The notes under the pieces were generated by a model. The model was given only the letters and a program-made list of their open reading frames with translations, searched no databases and was not told the DNA's origin. A stretch of 47,234 nt of DNA, taken from Chromera velia. Lineage: Eukaryota. Position numbers and translations under genes: made by a program. The stretch spans positions 1-47,234 of the forward strand of contig JAHBMJ010000449.1 in NCBI GenBank assembly GCA_018398765.1. The letters are read 5' to 3'. Each line of letters begins with the position of its first letter. The first letter of the stretch is position 1. Shown in pieces: positions 46,887 through 47,234 of the stretch.

Positions 46887-47234
46887 GTCTTCCCTGCAGA
46901 ACCTGCGCAAACAGTTTTCTGTCCTGCTCCAAGTGAGACAGCCGTCTCCGATGTCTGCTTCTCGTCTTTTTTTTGCCCCTCGCTTTCCGCTTGCTTGTAG
47001 AGCTTTTTGCGAGTGCAACGGGAAAATGGACAACCTTAAATCAGAAATGTGCTATTAAGAGCATCTTCTTTTGCTCAGTGCTTTGCATGGGCGTTTACGT
47101 TTAATAGTCTTTGCTGACTTGATGATCTGACGCAAGCAAGCTTGCGAACGGCCCCGGAAAGCAAGAAAAATGAGAACTTCACGATTGACGCACGCCGGCC
47201 AGCCGATCGGGCGGTCGCGCCGACCCCCCCCCCC

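Overview
This is a eukaryotic, intron-rich and microsatellite-laden window, most consistent with an alveolate of the apicomplexan/chromerid group. That placement is inference from a compact DysF-less ferlin, an apicomplexan-style SET8, a bipartite plastid-type leader and abundant TGCATGCA. I hand-spliced six genes with GT-AG introns and consistent phases, in strictly alternating orientation: (1) 5'-partial SET8/PR-Set7-like H4K20 methyltransferase (+); (2) a ~1,190 aa secreted Pro/Thr-rich modular protein of unknown family (-); (3) a 24-exon ferlin (+); (4) a TIGR01777/SDR39U1-type epimerase with signal and transit-like leader (-); (5) 17-exon TTC27 (+); (6) an acyl-CoA dehydrogenase (-). Divergent gaps are short with CpG-rich cores. 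Each convergent gap holds an AT/TpA-rich island with transposon debris: nested MITEs, and a dispersed repeat with a hairpin and an (AATCCT)/(TATCC) tail. The most notable observations are a RIP-like CpA/CpG C-to-T signature in those islands, repeated duplications of exon-intron junctions inside introns, a GTC-dominated splice donor that seeds tetranucleotide microsatellites, and the unknown secreted protein with SFLQE motifs sharing a promoter with ferlin. Most entries in the ORF track are microsatellite artefacts.
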